Below, in pieces: positions 10,248 through 20,600 of a stretch of 64,000 bases of DNA (within the stretch, counting starts at the first letter, position 1; each line of letters begins with the position of its first letter). The stretch lies in contig JAHEFH010000002.1 of the NCBI GenBank assembly GCA_024640245.1, positions 263 to 64,262 of the forward strand. Reading direction: 5' to 3'. The DNA is from Paracoccaceae bacterium. Lineage in GTDB: Bacteria > Pseudomonadota > Alphaproteobacteria > Rhodobacterales > Rhodobacteraceae. The position numbers and the translations under genes are program-made. Under the pieces are notes generated by a model. The model worked only from the letters and a program-made list of their open reading frames with translations, had not been told where the DNA came from and made no database searches.

Positions 10248-10593
10248 CGTTCTGCCCCGTCAGTCTGGCCGTTAGCGTAAAGGCCAGCGCTCCGACCGCA
10301 ATTGCGGCGGCGGTGCTGGCGACAATTGCGATGACCAGCGGTATCAGGTCGGTGCCGAGCGCGTTGATGTGGCCGACCACCCCGACCCCGGCAGGCACGA
10401 ACAGCAGTGACAGGTGCTGCAGCAATCCGGTCGCCGTGCTGCGGACCAGTTCGGCGACTTTCGGGACCAGAACCATCAGCAGAAGGAACAGCGCCATGCC
10501 CAGAACCGGACCGGGAATGATCAGGCCGGTGGTGCGGGCGACAACCTCGCCGATCAGTTGCATCGCGAGGATCAGGGTCAGGGCATGGATCAA
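10240..10593 (-). CDS. cidA: CidA/LrgA family protein
   Basis: IPGPVLGMALF, HLSLLFVPAGVGV; TTG start overlapping upstream stop. Confidence 0.9.
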   Translation of the reverse strand: MIHALTLILAMQLIGEVVARTTGLIIPGPVLGMALFLLLMVLVPKVAELVRSTATGLLQHLSLLFVPAGVGVVGHINALGTDLIPLVIAIVASTAAAIAVGALAFTLTARLTGQNDD

Positions 10594-11000
10594 GGGGACG
10601 CGTCCTTCGTTGCAGAGTGCGGATACTTTGGCAGATCATCGGCAATATGCAACCACGGCAGCTTTTCGGCATAATGGACGTGGAATTCGGGGACGAAGGC
10701 GGAGGGGTCGTCCAGCGACGCGGCATAGAGGTGGATTTCGCCCGCGTAGCGCTCTGCCTGAAAGGCCATGGGCGAGCCGCAGGTTCCGCAAAAGCGGCGG
10801 CTGACGCCGGGCGAGGAATGGAAGGTCTGCGGTACCGCGCCGGTCCAGGCGAAATTTTCCAGAGGAACACCGATATAGGCCGTCACCGGCGCCGCGCAGT
10901 TGCGCCGGCAATCGTCGCAGTGGCAATAGCAGGCCCAGGTTTCGGCACCCGAATAGCGCCATGTCACCGCACCGCACAGGCAATGCCCGGTTTTTGTCAC
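10590..11000 (-). CDS. GFA family (CENP-V-like) Cys-rich Zn protein
   Basis: GHCLCG, CHCDDCRR, RRFCGTCGS. GTG start at 11000 with GGAGG SD, overlapping cobN stop (GTGA). Confidence 0.88.
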   Translation of the reverse strand: MTKTGHCLCGAVTWRYSGAETWACYCHCDDCRRNCAAPVTAYIGVPLENFAWTGAVPQTFHSSPGVSRRFCGTCGSPMAFQAERYAGEIHLYAASLDDPSAFVPEFHVHYAEKLPWLHIADDLPKYPHSATKDASP

Positions 11001-14000
11001 CGCAGTTCCTCCAGCCTTGCCCGCGCCGAGTTCGACTTCGGGGTCCACAGGCCGCGCTCTATGGCTTCAGCCATCCGGTCCGCGATTTCCTTCAAGGCAG
11101 GGGCGTTGTTCTGTTCAATGAAATCCCGCGTGTCATCATCCCCCAGAAACGCCCCGTAGACCAACTCGAAGTGATGGTTCTTGACGGCTCCGGTGGTGGC
11201 GGAGAAGGCGAACAGGTAGTCCACCGTTGCCGCGATCTCGAAAGCGCCTTTGTAGCCGTGGCGTTTCACGCCGTCGATCCATTTGGGATTGACCACGCGG
11301 GACCGGACGACGCGTCCGATCTCTTCGTCCAGCGTGCGGATCACGGGGCGCTCGGGGCGGGAGTGGTCGTTGTGATAAACTGGGCGGTCGCGCCCTTGCA
11401 GGTGGGACACGGCCGCCGCCGCGCCGCCTTCGAACTGGTAATAGTCATCGCTGTCCAGCAGGTCGTGTTCACGGTTGTCCTGATTTTGGACCACCGCCTG
11501 AACCGTCGACAACCGCGCCGTCAGCGCCTCTTTGGCGCGGCGTCCGTCGGCATCCTTGCCGTAGGCGTAGCTGCCCCAGTTCAGATAGCTCTCGGCCAGA
11601 TCGGATTTATCGCCCCAGAGGCGCTCGTCGATCATCGCTTGCAGGCCCGCGCCATAGGCGCCCGGCTTGGAGCCGAAGACGCGGAAGGCGGCATCATTTG
11701 AACCCTCGGCGCGGAACTGGGCGGCGGCGGGGTTCATGTCGTCCGGTTCGTCCAGTTGCATGATGGCGCGCGCGGCGCTGTCCACCAGTGCGATCTGTTG
11801 CGGGAAGGCGTCGCGGAAAAATCCGGAAACCCGCAGGGTCACGTCGACGCGCGGGCGGTCCAGAACCGACAGGGGTGTGATCTCAAAGCCGGTCACGCGG
11901 CGGTTGGCGGCGTCCCATTGCGGACGCGCACCCATCAGCGCCAGCGCTTGCGCGATGTCGTCGCCGCCGGTGCGCATGTTGGCCGTGCCCCAAGCCGTCA
12001 GAAGGATCGATCGCAGCCAGTCGCCGTGATCCTGCAAGTGCCGCTCGATCAGCAAGTTTGCGGATTTGGCGCCCAGCGCCCAAGCTGTGGGCGTCGGGAT
12101 CGCACGGCTGTCGACCGAGAAAAAATTCCTCCCCGTCGGCAGGACGTCCAAACGTCCGCGCGTCGGCGCGCCCGATGGCGCGGGCTCGACAAACCGACCG
12201 TCCAGCGCGGTCAGAAGGCCGGAAATCTCGGACGGGCCACAAGCCTTGACGGCAGGGCGCACGGTTTCCTTGACGCCTTGCAGAACCGCTTGTGTCAAGG
12301 GCCAGCCACCGGCCGCCTGCCCGTCGAGCAGGTTGGAGGCCAGCATCTCGATCCGCTCCACCGTATCGCCGTTACTGCGCCAGACGGCATCCGAGACAGC
12401 CGCCAGCGCGGTTGGTTTTGGTCCTAAGTAACGGGCCGAGAGGCTGCAATCCAACGGATCAAGTGATAGATTAAGATCGACTGCTAAAGCCCTTTGTAGG
12501 CTTGCATTTCCTTTTTTTCCATCATTGCGCGGAACGCGAACTAGACTCTGTACGAGATCGCGTTCGAGTCGTCCCTGTGGGGACTGACCGAAAATATGCA
12601 GCCCGTCGCGTATCTGCGCCTCTTTCAGGTCGCAGAGATATTCATCGAGCTTGGCCAGATCCCCGGCCTCGTCCGACCCCTGCATTCCGGCATCCTGATC
12701 GATGCCGGTGGCTGCGGTCAGTGCCAGGATCTCGCGCCGCAAGTGGGTCAGGCGGCGGGGATCGACGCCGGCAGCCTCGTAATATTCATCTACCAGAGCC
12801 TCCAGATCGCGCAGCGGCCCGTAGGATTCGGCCCGCGTCAGCGGTGGCGTCAGGTGGTCAATGATTACCGCTGAAGCGCGGCGCTTGGCCTGAGTCCCTT
12901 CGCCCGGATCGTTGACGATGAAGGGATAGATATGCGGATAGGGGCCGAGCGCGGCCTCGGGCCAGCACTCTTCGGACAGGGCCACGGCTTTGCCCGGCAG
13001 CCATTCGAGGTTGCCGTGCTTGCCCATGTGGATATAGGCCTGTGCGCCGAATCTCGCGCGCAGCCAGAAATAGAACGCCAGATAGTTGTGCGGCGGAACC
13101 AGATCGGGGGCGTGATAAGTGTCTTTCGGGTCGATGTTATAGCCGCGCGCGGGCTGCACGCCGACCACGACATTGCCGAAACTCAGGACCGAAAGGGCAA
13201 AGCCGTCCTCACCCAGAAACGGGTCGGCATCGGGCCTGCCCCAGCGTGCCTCCATCGCTTCGCGCAGAGTCCATGGCAGGATTTCGTACTGGGCCAGATA
13301 GTCGGCCAGTTGCAGGCGTTCGCCACCCTCGCGCTTGGCGCGGTCGGTCAGCCAGTTGGTTGGCCCTGCGAGTATCCTGTCCATCAGCGCGTTGCCGTCG
13401 ACCGGCAGGTCGCGGGTCGCATAACCCCTCGCGGCCATTTCGTTCAGGACATGCACCGTGCCCGCAGGCGTATCGAGGCCGACACCGTTGGCAAGCCGAC
13501 CGTCCTTGTTGGGATAGTTGGCGAGTATCAGCGCCACCTTGCGATCCGACGGCACGGTGTGGCGCAATCGCGCCCAGTTCTGCGTCAGGTCGGCGACGAA
13601 TTCGACACGGTCGCCACGCGCGCGATAAGCGGCGATCGGGCATTGCGTCGCCTCGTCGAAGAACGCCTCGCCCTTGAAGGAGATGGCGCGCGAGAGGATG
13701 CGGCCGTCGACTTCCGGCAGGGCGACGTTCATCGCGATATCGCGGGCCGACAGGCCGTTCAACCCGTCTTCCCAGCTCTGTTCGGACGCGCCCGACAGGA
13801 CGACTTGAAACACCGGCGCAGATTGCGCTTCTGGCATGGTCAGCGGGTTCGACGGCTGGTTGGCTTCGTCCCCCTGATGCGGCGAGCCGACGGCGAAGCT
13901 GGTACAGTTCAGGATAACCGAGGGCGGGGCCTGTTCGAACAGGCTTTGCAAGGTCGCCACGGAAATCGGGTCTTTTAGCGAGGCGACGAACACCGGCAGC

Positions 14001-14698
14001 GGGTTCAGCCCACGCCGCAGTAGCGCCTTGACCAGACGGTTGACCGGATGCAGGCCGGCACCCTGCACCAATGCCCGGTAAAAGGTGATCGGCACCACCG
14101 GTGCGCCGTCGGTCCAGTGCTCGCGAAGCTGCGCCAGATCAGCGATGCCGGTTCCGGGCCAGTAGACACCAGCGCGTAGCAGCGGTTTCGCCGCCGCGGG
14201 CTTTTCCGCCCCAGTGAGCATGGCGTCGGCATAGCGCAGAAAGTTTGCGGAATTTTCCGGCCCGCCCTCGACCATATAGGCCCAGAGGTTTTCCCAGTCC
14301 TCGCGCGGCACCGTCGACAAGCGCCACAGCTCGTCGTCGGGTTTGTCGTCGCCGGGAAGAGCGGCAAAGGCGACGCCCGCCTGTCCCAACCGTATCGCGT
14401 ATTGCTCCAACCCGTATTTCCAATAGCCCCTGCCGCCGAGGACGCGGGCGATCACCAGCTTCGATTTCGTGGCGCAATTGTCCAGATGCAGATCGGCGGA
14501 CATCGGGTGCTGCAAATGGGTCAGGTTGGCTAGGCGTAGGCTGCCGATTGTATCACCTAGATCGGCGCGGGCCTCGGACAGGGCCGCCAGTTCTGTATCA
14601 GCGGCGGAAATGAAGACTACATCGGCAGGTGTCTGCCCCGGATCGACGGGTTCGGACCCGTCGTCGATCGACCCCGGTGTGGCGGCGAGCAGATGCAT
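10997..14698 (-). CDS. cobN: Cobaltochelatase subunit CobN
   Basis: 1233 aa; MHLLAATPG start, HMGKHGNLEWLPGK, IDHLTPPL, LPTGRNF, SRVVNPKWI. Confidence 0.96.
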   Translation of the reverse strand: MHLLAATPGSIDDGSEPVDPGQTPADVVFISAADTELAALSEARADLGDTIGSLRLANLTHLQHPMSADLHLDNCATKSKLVIARVLGGRGYWKYGLEQYAIRLGQAGVAFAALPGDDKPDDELWRLSTVPREDWENLWAYMVEGGPENSANFLRYADAMLTGAEKPAAAKPLLRAGVYWPGTGIADLAQLREHWTDGAPVVPITFYRALVQGAGLHPVNRLVKALLRRGLNPLPVFVASLKDPISVATLQSLFEQAPPSVILNCTSFAVGSPHQGDEANQPSNPLTMPEAQSAPVFQVVLSGASEQSWEDGLNGLSARDIAMNVALPEVDGRILSRAISFKGEAFFDEATQCPIAAYRARGDRVEFVADLTQNWARLRHTVPSDRKVALILANYPNKDGRLANGVGLDTPAGTVHVLNEMAARGYATRDLPVDGNALMDRILAGPTNWLTDRAKREGGERLQLADYLAQYEILPWTLREAMEARWGRPDADPFLGEDGFALSVLSFGNVVVGVQPARGYNIDPKDTYHAPDLVPPHNYLAFYFWLRARFGAQAYIHMGKHGNLEWLPGKAVALSEECWPEAALGPYPHIYPFIVNDPGEGTQAKRRASAVIIDHLTPPLTRAESYGPLRDLEALVDEYYEAAGVDPRRLTHLRREILALTAATGIDQDAGMQGSDEAGDLAKLDEYLCDLKEAQIRDGLHIFGQSPQGRLERDLVQSLVRVPRNDGKKGNASLQRALAVDLNLSLDPLDCSLSARYLGPKPTALAAVSDAVWRSNGDTVERIEMLASNLLDGQAAGGWPLTQAVLQGVKETVRPAVKACGPSEISGLLTALDGRFVEPAPSGAPTRGRLDVLPTGRNFFSVDSRAIPTPTAWALGAKSANLLIERHLQDHGDWLRSILLTAWGTANMRTGGDDIAQALALMGARPQWDAANRRVTGFEITPLSVLDRPRVDVTLRVSGFFRDAFPQQIALVDSAARAIMQLDEPDDMNPAAAQFRAEGSNDAAFRVFGSKPGAYGAGLQAMIDERLWGDKSDLAESYLNWGSYAYGKDADGRRAKEALTARLSTVQAVVQNQDNREHDLLDSDDYYQFEGGAAAAVSHLQGRDRPVYHNDHSRPERPVIRTLDEEIGRVVRSRVVNPKWIDGVKRHGYKGAFEIAATVDYLFAFSATTGAVKNHHFELVYGAFLGDDDTRDFIEQNNAPALKEIADRMAEAIERGLWTPKSNSARARLEELR

Positions 14699-15156
14699 CA
14701 GCCGAGCCTCTTTTCCATGAAGAGGCTGGCGGGGTGGTCTTGGTAATCGCCGAAGCGGTCACATTCAACATAGCCACGCGCGGCATAGAGAGCCATCGCT
14801 GCGGCCAGTTTCGGACCGGTTTCCAGCCGCATGACACTTAGTCCTGCCGCCTTGGCCATTTCCTCAAGGTGATCCATCAAGGCTTTGGCGACACCCAGAC
14901 CGCGCGCCGAATTCGGCACATACAACCGTTTGACTTCGGCATAGTCGCTGTACCGCACCATCGCCACGCAGCCGGTAGCAACGCCGTCCTTGCGGGCCAC
15001 GAGGAAATCCACTTCCGGCCGGTCGAGTTCTTCGGCGGTGAAGGTGAAGCATTCGTCAGCGGTATAGACCTCGCGCAGGGCCGCTTCCGATCCTTCGATC
15101 AGCCGCCGGCCGTCGTCGGTCAGCGGGTTCTCCGTCGATATGGCGAGCGCGCTCAC
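14698..15156 (-). CDS. GNAT family N-acetyltransferase
   Basis: AEVKRLYVPNSARGLGVAKALM, RLETG, YAARGY. Confidence 0.88.
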   Translation of the reverse strand: MSALAISTENPLTDDGRRLIEGSEAALREVYTADECFTFTAEELDRPEVDFLVARKDGVATGCVAMVRYSDYAEVKRLYVPNSARGLGVAKALMDHLEEMAKAAGLSVMRLETGPKLAAAMALYAARGYVECDRFGDYQDHPASLFMEKRLG

Positions 15157-16223
15157 GCCACCAGCGCGGCCGTGATCGCCGCCTGATCCAGCCCTGCCTG
15201 ACCGATAACGACCAGACGGGTTTGGCGCGCTTCGCCGCTGGCGAAGGGCCGGTCGAAATAGCTGTCGACGCGGGGACCGACCGCTTGCAGGGTCAGGCGC
15301 ATCGGCTTTCCGGATACGGCCGCAAATCCCTTGAGGCGCAGGATGTCATGCGTGCGGATGACCTCGGCCACGCGCGTGGAATAGCTGGCTGGGTCGGTGA
15401 TTTCACCCAGTGACACGACGAAGGACTGAAACTCGTCATGGCCGTGTTCGTGGTGATGGTCATCGTCGTCATGGTGGTCATCATCATGGTCGTGGTGATG
15501 ATGGTGCACTTCGTGGCGGGCGTCTACGTCGGCTTCGGCGCCGATGCCCTGACCCAGCAGAACATCGACCGGAAGGGCGCCCATGCTGGACTTGACCACC
15601 TGCACTCCGGCGCGGCTTTCGGCTTTCAGGCGGGCAACAAGCGTTGCAACGTCGGCTTCGCTCATCAGGTCGGCCTTGTTGACGACGATCATGTCGGCAC
15701 AGGCGATCTGGTCCTCGAACAGTTCGGACAGGGGAGTCTCGTGATCCAGATTGTCGTCGAGCTTGCGCTGGGCATCGACGGCCTCGACCGAATGGGCGAA
15801 ACGGCCCTCGGTCACGGCCTTGCCGTCGACCACGGTCACGACGCTGTCGACCGTGACGCGCGTCGAGATTTCCGGCCAGTTGAAGGCGCGGACAAGCGGT
15901 TGCGGCAGGGCCAGGCCGGAGGTCTCGATCACGATATGATCGGGCTTGCGGTCGCGTTCCAGCAACTTCTGCATGGTCGGGATGAAATCGTCGGCAACGG
16001 TGCAGCAGATGCAACCGTTCGAGAGCTCCATGATATCGTCTTCGGAGCATGTCTCGTCGCCGCAGCCTTTGAGGATATCGCCGTCAACGCCGAGGTCGCC
16101 GAATTCGTTGATGATCAGTGCAATGCGTTTTCCTTCGGCATTCTGCAGCATGTGCCGGATCAGCGTGGTTTTGCCCGCGCCGAGAAAGCCCGTAACGACG
16201 GTTGCCGGAATTTTTTGAGCCAT
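15153..16223 (-). CDS. cobW: Cobalamin biosynthesis G3E GTPase CobW with His/Asp-rich loop
   Basis: TGFLGAGKTT, GCICCTV, IETSGLALPQPL, NKAD, His-rich HEVHHHHHDHDDDHHDDDDHHHEHGH. Start taken as ATG 16223. Confidence 0.95.
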   Translation of the reverse strand: MAQKIPATVVTGFLGAGKTTLIRHMLQNAEGKRIALIINEFGDLGVDGDILKGCGDETCSEDDIMELSNGCICCTVADDFIPTMQKLLERDRKPDHIVIETSGLALPQPLVRAFNWPEISTRVTVDSVVTVVDGKAVTEGRFAHSVEAVDAQRKLDDNLDHETPLSELFEDQIACADMIVVNKADLMSEADVATLVARLKAESRAGVQVVKSSMGALPVDVLLGQGIGAEADVDARHEVHHHHHDHDDDHHDDDDHHHEHGHDEFQSFVVSLGEITDPASYSTRVAEVIRTHDILRLKGFAAVSGKPMRLTLQAVGPRVDSYFDRPFASGEARQTRLVVIGQAGLDQAAITAALVA

Positions 16224-16262
16224 GACAGAATCCTTCTGTGAAATATTTGTTCGGTTTCGGTC

Positions 16263-16281
16263 GCCCCCGCCCGGCGGGGGC
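16263..16281. other. Perfect GC-rich inverted repeat between cbtA and cobW
   Basis: GCCCCCGCC-C-GGCGGGGGC. Confidence 0.7.
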
Positions 16282-16291
16282 AAAGCGTGTT

Positions 16292-16978
16292 CTACGATTG
16301 CGCCGGTCTGGTCCAGAAATACGCGGCGGCCAGACCCAGGATGGTCCAGCTAGCCGCGGCGACGCCCAGAGATGCGGTGGCGAACTGCGCCGACAGTTCC
16401 GGTGGCGCGATGCCGAAATAGGTGTCCAGATGCGGTGCGCCGACAAGCTGCGGTAACAGGATCAGACCTGCGCCAGCAAGACCCTTTACCAAATCGCCGC
16501 CAAAGGCAATCAGGGCCAGCCCAGCGACCGAAGAGGCCGCGGTTGCCACCCACCAGATCTGGCGCGCGACCAGATCGGCCGCCATTGCGCCAGGCAATTC
16601 AGGCGGCAGGCCCACGGCAGGGGCAAGCTGGACCGCGAGAAAACCGGCCAGACCCCAGACCAACCCGCCTCGCAGGGTCACTTCGTGCCCGCGGCGCGCC
16701 GCCAGGGCGAAGCCTGCGACCATCAGCAGGGCGAATCCGGTATATGTCACCAAATCCATGGCCAGCGTCAGCGCGTGCCGCATCGATTGACCGGCCAGCG
16801 ATACGCCGCCGGCGTCTGATTGCGGCGCGCTACCGGCGGCGAAATGCATTCGCGCGCCGGTCTCGAAAAGCTCGCCCTCCAGCAGCAGCGGCGTCACGAA
16901 CAAAAGTTGCAACACCGCCGCGCACAGACCTGCAACGAGTCCAGCGAATACGGCGCTGGAAACCAGATGTTTTGTCAT
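16292..16978 (-). CDS. cbtA: Cobalt transporter subunit CbtA
   Basis: AGLVAGL, LLLEGELFE, LAPAVGLPPELPG, RQIWW; lies in a B12-riboswitch cob operon. Confidence 0.9.
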   Translation of the reverse strand: MTKHLVSSAVFAGLVAGLCAAVLQLLFVTPLLLEGELFETGARMHFAAGSAPQSDAGGVSLAGQSMRHALTLAMDLVTYTGFALLMVAGFALAARRGHEVTLRGGLVWGLAGFLAVQLAPAVGLPPELPGAMAADLVARQIWWVATAASSVAGLALIAFGGDLVKGLAGAGLILLPQLVGAPHLDTYFGIAPPELSAQFATASLGVAAASWTILGLAAAYFWTRPAQS

Positions 16979-16996
16979 GGTTTGCTTAAAGGTTGC

Positions 16997-17167
16997 TCAG
17001 TGGCAAGGAAAAGCAATGGCATGGCGCGAGTCGTGCGCGACGTCATGCAGAACCGAAGCATGCGCAAAACCGGCCAGAAACACCAGCACGAGGCCAGCGA
17101 AGGCGGTCAGAAGGATACCGGCGACGTCCGTGTCGACGCGCGATGTGGTTTGGGTCACTGTTGTCAT
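16997..17167 (-). CDS. cbtB: Cobalt transporter subunit CbtB
   Basis: One TM helix followed by LHDVAHDSRHAIAFPCH. Confidence 0.92.
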   Translation of the reverse strand: MTTVTQTTSRVDTDVAGILLTAFAGLVLVFLAGFAHASVLHDVAHDSRHAIAFPCH

Positions 17168-17210
17168 GGTCTCTCCTTTTCCCGTCACACCCGACAGGAG
17201 TTACAAGTTG

Positions 17211-17415
17211 CTTGCAGGGCTGGTCTCCTGACTTGCGGATCAACGCGCCTGACCTTCCTTCCCGGGTTTCCCCAGTGGTTTCCTTGGCCAGACCCTTTCC
17301 GCATACAGTCGCGGGGGCGGTTGTGGCTTCGGGTTCCTGATACAGGTCAACCCTTCCACATTCCCATTTCATCCCCGGACGTTTGGACGCCATGTTGGGG
17401 AACCATGCCTGATAC
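17211..17415 (-). ncRNA. Cobalamin (B12) riboswitch
   Basis: Minus strand carries AAATGGGAAT, GCCCCCGCGACTGT, GAAACCACTGGGGAAACCCGGGAAGG and the B12 box AGTCAGGAGACCAGCC directly upstream of cbtB; boundaries approximate. Confidence 0.95.
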
Positions 17416-17658
17416 ACATGCCGTGATCAGGATGCCAGCGTCAAGCAAAATTCCGACGTATGCGTCCCGAAACACGGCATTTCGGGATATGGAATCGGTA
17501 CCGGCCGCGGAAGCGGTTTCAAAGGGATTCCGGAAAATCTTTCCAATATATTGTGGATAACTCCGCCGAAACCGCTATATGCGGGCGTTTTTTGTTGACT
17601 CGGGCAGGGGCCAGCATGGACTTTAGTCAAAATAAGAATCAACGGGGGCAATCCGTCC

Positions 17659-20600
17659 GTGCAGTTTAAAAAGCTACGTCTTACCGGCTTCAAGAGTTTC
17701 GTCGACCCGACGGAACTGGTGATAGCCGACGGCCTGACAGGGGTCGTCGGACCGAACGGCTGTGGCAAGTCGAACCTGCTGGAAGCGTTGCGCTGGGTCA
17801 TGGGCGAAAACCGCCCGACCGCGATGCGCGGCGGCGGCATGGACGATGTGATCTTTGCGGGGGCTTCGTCGCGCCCGCCGCGAAACTATGCCGAGGTCGC
17901 GATCTCTATCGACAACTCCGACCGGACCGCGCCGCCAGCCTTCAACGACAGTGATGTGCTGGATGTGGTGCGCCGGATCACCCGAGACGTCGGATCCGCC
18001 TACAAGGCCAACGGCAAGGATACCCGCGCCCGCGACGTGCAGATGCTGTTCGCCGATGCCTCGACCGGCGCGCATTCGCCCGCGCTGGTGCGACAGGGAC
18101 AGATCTCGGAACTGATCAATTCGAAACCGAAGGCGCGCCGCCGGATATTGGAAGAGGCTGCTGGGATTTCCGGCCTGTATCAGCGACGCCACGAGGCGGA
18201 GCTGAAACTGCGTGGGGCGGAAACCAATCTGGAACGGGTCGCCGATGTGATCGAGCAACTCGACAGCCAGCTGAATTCCCTGGCGCGTCAGGCGCGTCAG
18301 GCCCAGCGCTATCGCGAGATCGGCGACGAGTTGCGCAATTCCGAAGGGCTGTTGTTGTACCGCCGCTGGCGCGAGGCCGATGCTGCGCTGCAGGCCGCGA
18401 CCGCCGAACTGACCGAAGCCACGAAAGCCGCAGCCGCCGCGCAATCGGCGGCCGTGCAGGCCGCGAAGGCCCGCGAAGACGCTGAAACAAAGGTGCCGCC
18501 GCTTCGCGAGGAAGAGGCGATCGCCGGCGCGGTTCTGCAACGCCTTCAGGTCGAGCGCGACACGCTGGCCGATCAGGAGGCGCGCGCGCGCCAGACGATC
18601 GAGACACTGCGGTCCCGTATCGACCAGCTGGGCAAGGACATCGAACGCGAAACCGGCCTGAACAAGGATGCCGGCGAAACCATCAAACGGCTCGATTGGG
18701 AGCTGTCGCAAATTCTCAAAGCGTCCGAGGGACAGGACGAGAAGGCCGAGCGCGCCAATGCGCAGGCCCGCGACGCCGCGTCCGTCATGCAGGAAAAGGA
18801 ATCCGAACTGGATACCTTGTCTGAAGACGTGGCGCGGCTGTCAGCGCGGCACCAATCGGCGCACCGGATGCAGGAAGAGGCGCAATCGGTTCTGAAAAAA
18901 CGTCAAGACCAGCAACAGGCGGCCGCGGCCTCTGTCCGTCAGGCGGCCGAAGGGCTGTCGGAGGCGGAGGACCGTCTGCAGGAGGCTTCCAGAACGCGGG
19001 CGATCGCGCAGGAAGCGTCCTTGCAGGCAGAGGCTGATCTTGACCGGATCGAACAACAGCGCAGTACCGCGCAGGCCGCTGACAGCGAGGCGCGCGCCAG
19101 CCTGTCCGAGGCTGAGGGCGAGGCCAACGCGCTGGGCGCCGAAGTGGGCGCGCTGGAGCGCGTGATTTCGCGTGACCGTGATCAGGGTGCGCAATTGCTG
19201 GACGAGGTTAGGGCCGCCAAGGGCTACGAGGCCGCTTTGGGTGCGGCGCTGGCCGACGACCTGAAAGCGCCGGTCGTGGGAGCCGACGGGGTTTCGGGCT
19301 GGGCCAAGCTGCCGGATTATTCCGATCACGCGGCGTTGCCGGCCGGTTCCGAACCATTGTCGGGCCATGTCAACGGGCCGGATGTTCTGACCCGCCGCCT
19401 GGGCCAGATCGGGGTGGTATCGCGCGAGGCGGGACCGCGCCTGCAGGCCGATCTTCGCCCCGGCCAGCGACTGGTCAGCATCGAGGGCGACCTGTGGCGC
19501 TGGGACGGGTTCCGTGCCAGTGCGGAGGATGCGCCGTCAACCGCAGCGCTGCGTTTGCAGCAGGTCAACCGTCTGGCCGATCTGCGCGAAGCCAGCAATA
19601 CCGCCCGTGCCCGCATGGAGCAGGCACGTGCCGCATTCGATAAGGCCCATGCCGAGTTGCAGGAAACCATCGCTGCCGATCAGTCCGCGCGCGCGCGCCG
19701 CAAGGCCGCCGACGAGGCCGCGACGACCGCCACGCGGCAGATGTCGAGGGCCGAGGCTGACCGCGACATGCTGGCGGGCAAGCTGGAAACTATGAAGCTT
19801 GCCGAGCAGCGGCTGGAGGAAGAAACCCGTGCCGCGCAGGTTGCGGTAAAAGAGGCCGAGCAGGCAGTATCGCAATTGGAAGACCTGTCTTCGGCCCGCG
19901 CCAATGTTGATGCGATGAAGGTCGCGGTCGAGGCTGCGCGGATGACCATGCTTACCAAGCGCTCGCTGTTCGACGAGGTGCGCCGAGAGGGCGAACAGCG
20001 CACGAAGCGCCGGCAGGAAATTCTGAAAGAAGCCAGCGGTTGGCGGCATCGGCTGGAAACGGCGGAAAAGCGGATCGCCGAGTTGCAGGAGCGCAAGGTC
20101 ACGTCGGAACAGGAACTGTCCGCAGCGCTTGCCGCGCCGGATGACATTGCCGCCAAACGGGCCGAAATATCGGACGCGATCACCAAGGCCGAGGCGCGGA
20201 GGAACGCTGCGTCCGACGCTCTGGCGGCGGGCGAGACGGCGCTGCGTCAGGCTGATCAGACAGAACGCGAGGCCGAGCGCCGCGCATCCGACGCGCGCGA
20301 AAAACGTGGCCGCTGCGATGCAGTCTGCGATGCGGCGCGGACACAGGTCAGCGCCGCCGCCGAGCGGATTCGCGAAGAGCTGGAAATCGAACCCGGATCA
20401 CTGCTGGAAACGCTGGACGCAGATCCGGAAAACATGCCTTCGGCCGAGGCCATCGAAAACGACGTGATGCGCCTGCGCCGTCAGCGTGATGCGCTTGGCG
20501 CGGTCAACCTGCGCGCCGAAGAGGATGCAAAAGAGGTCGCCGAGGAACGCGACACGCTGGCGACCGAAAAGGACGATCTGGAGCAGGCGATCCGAAAGCT

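Noticed and set aside
12461-12500. AT patch in cobN as a dif site, CtrA box or replication origin
   Set aside because: No XerC/XerD arms, no TTAA-N7-TTAA and no DnaA-box cluster recognised.
15436-15520. CAT/GAT-rich quasi-repeat
   Set aside because: Encodes the normal His/Asp-rich metal-binding loop of CobW, not a tandem repeat array.
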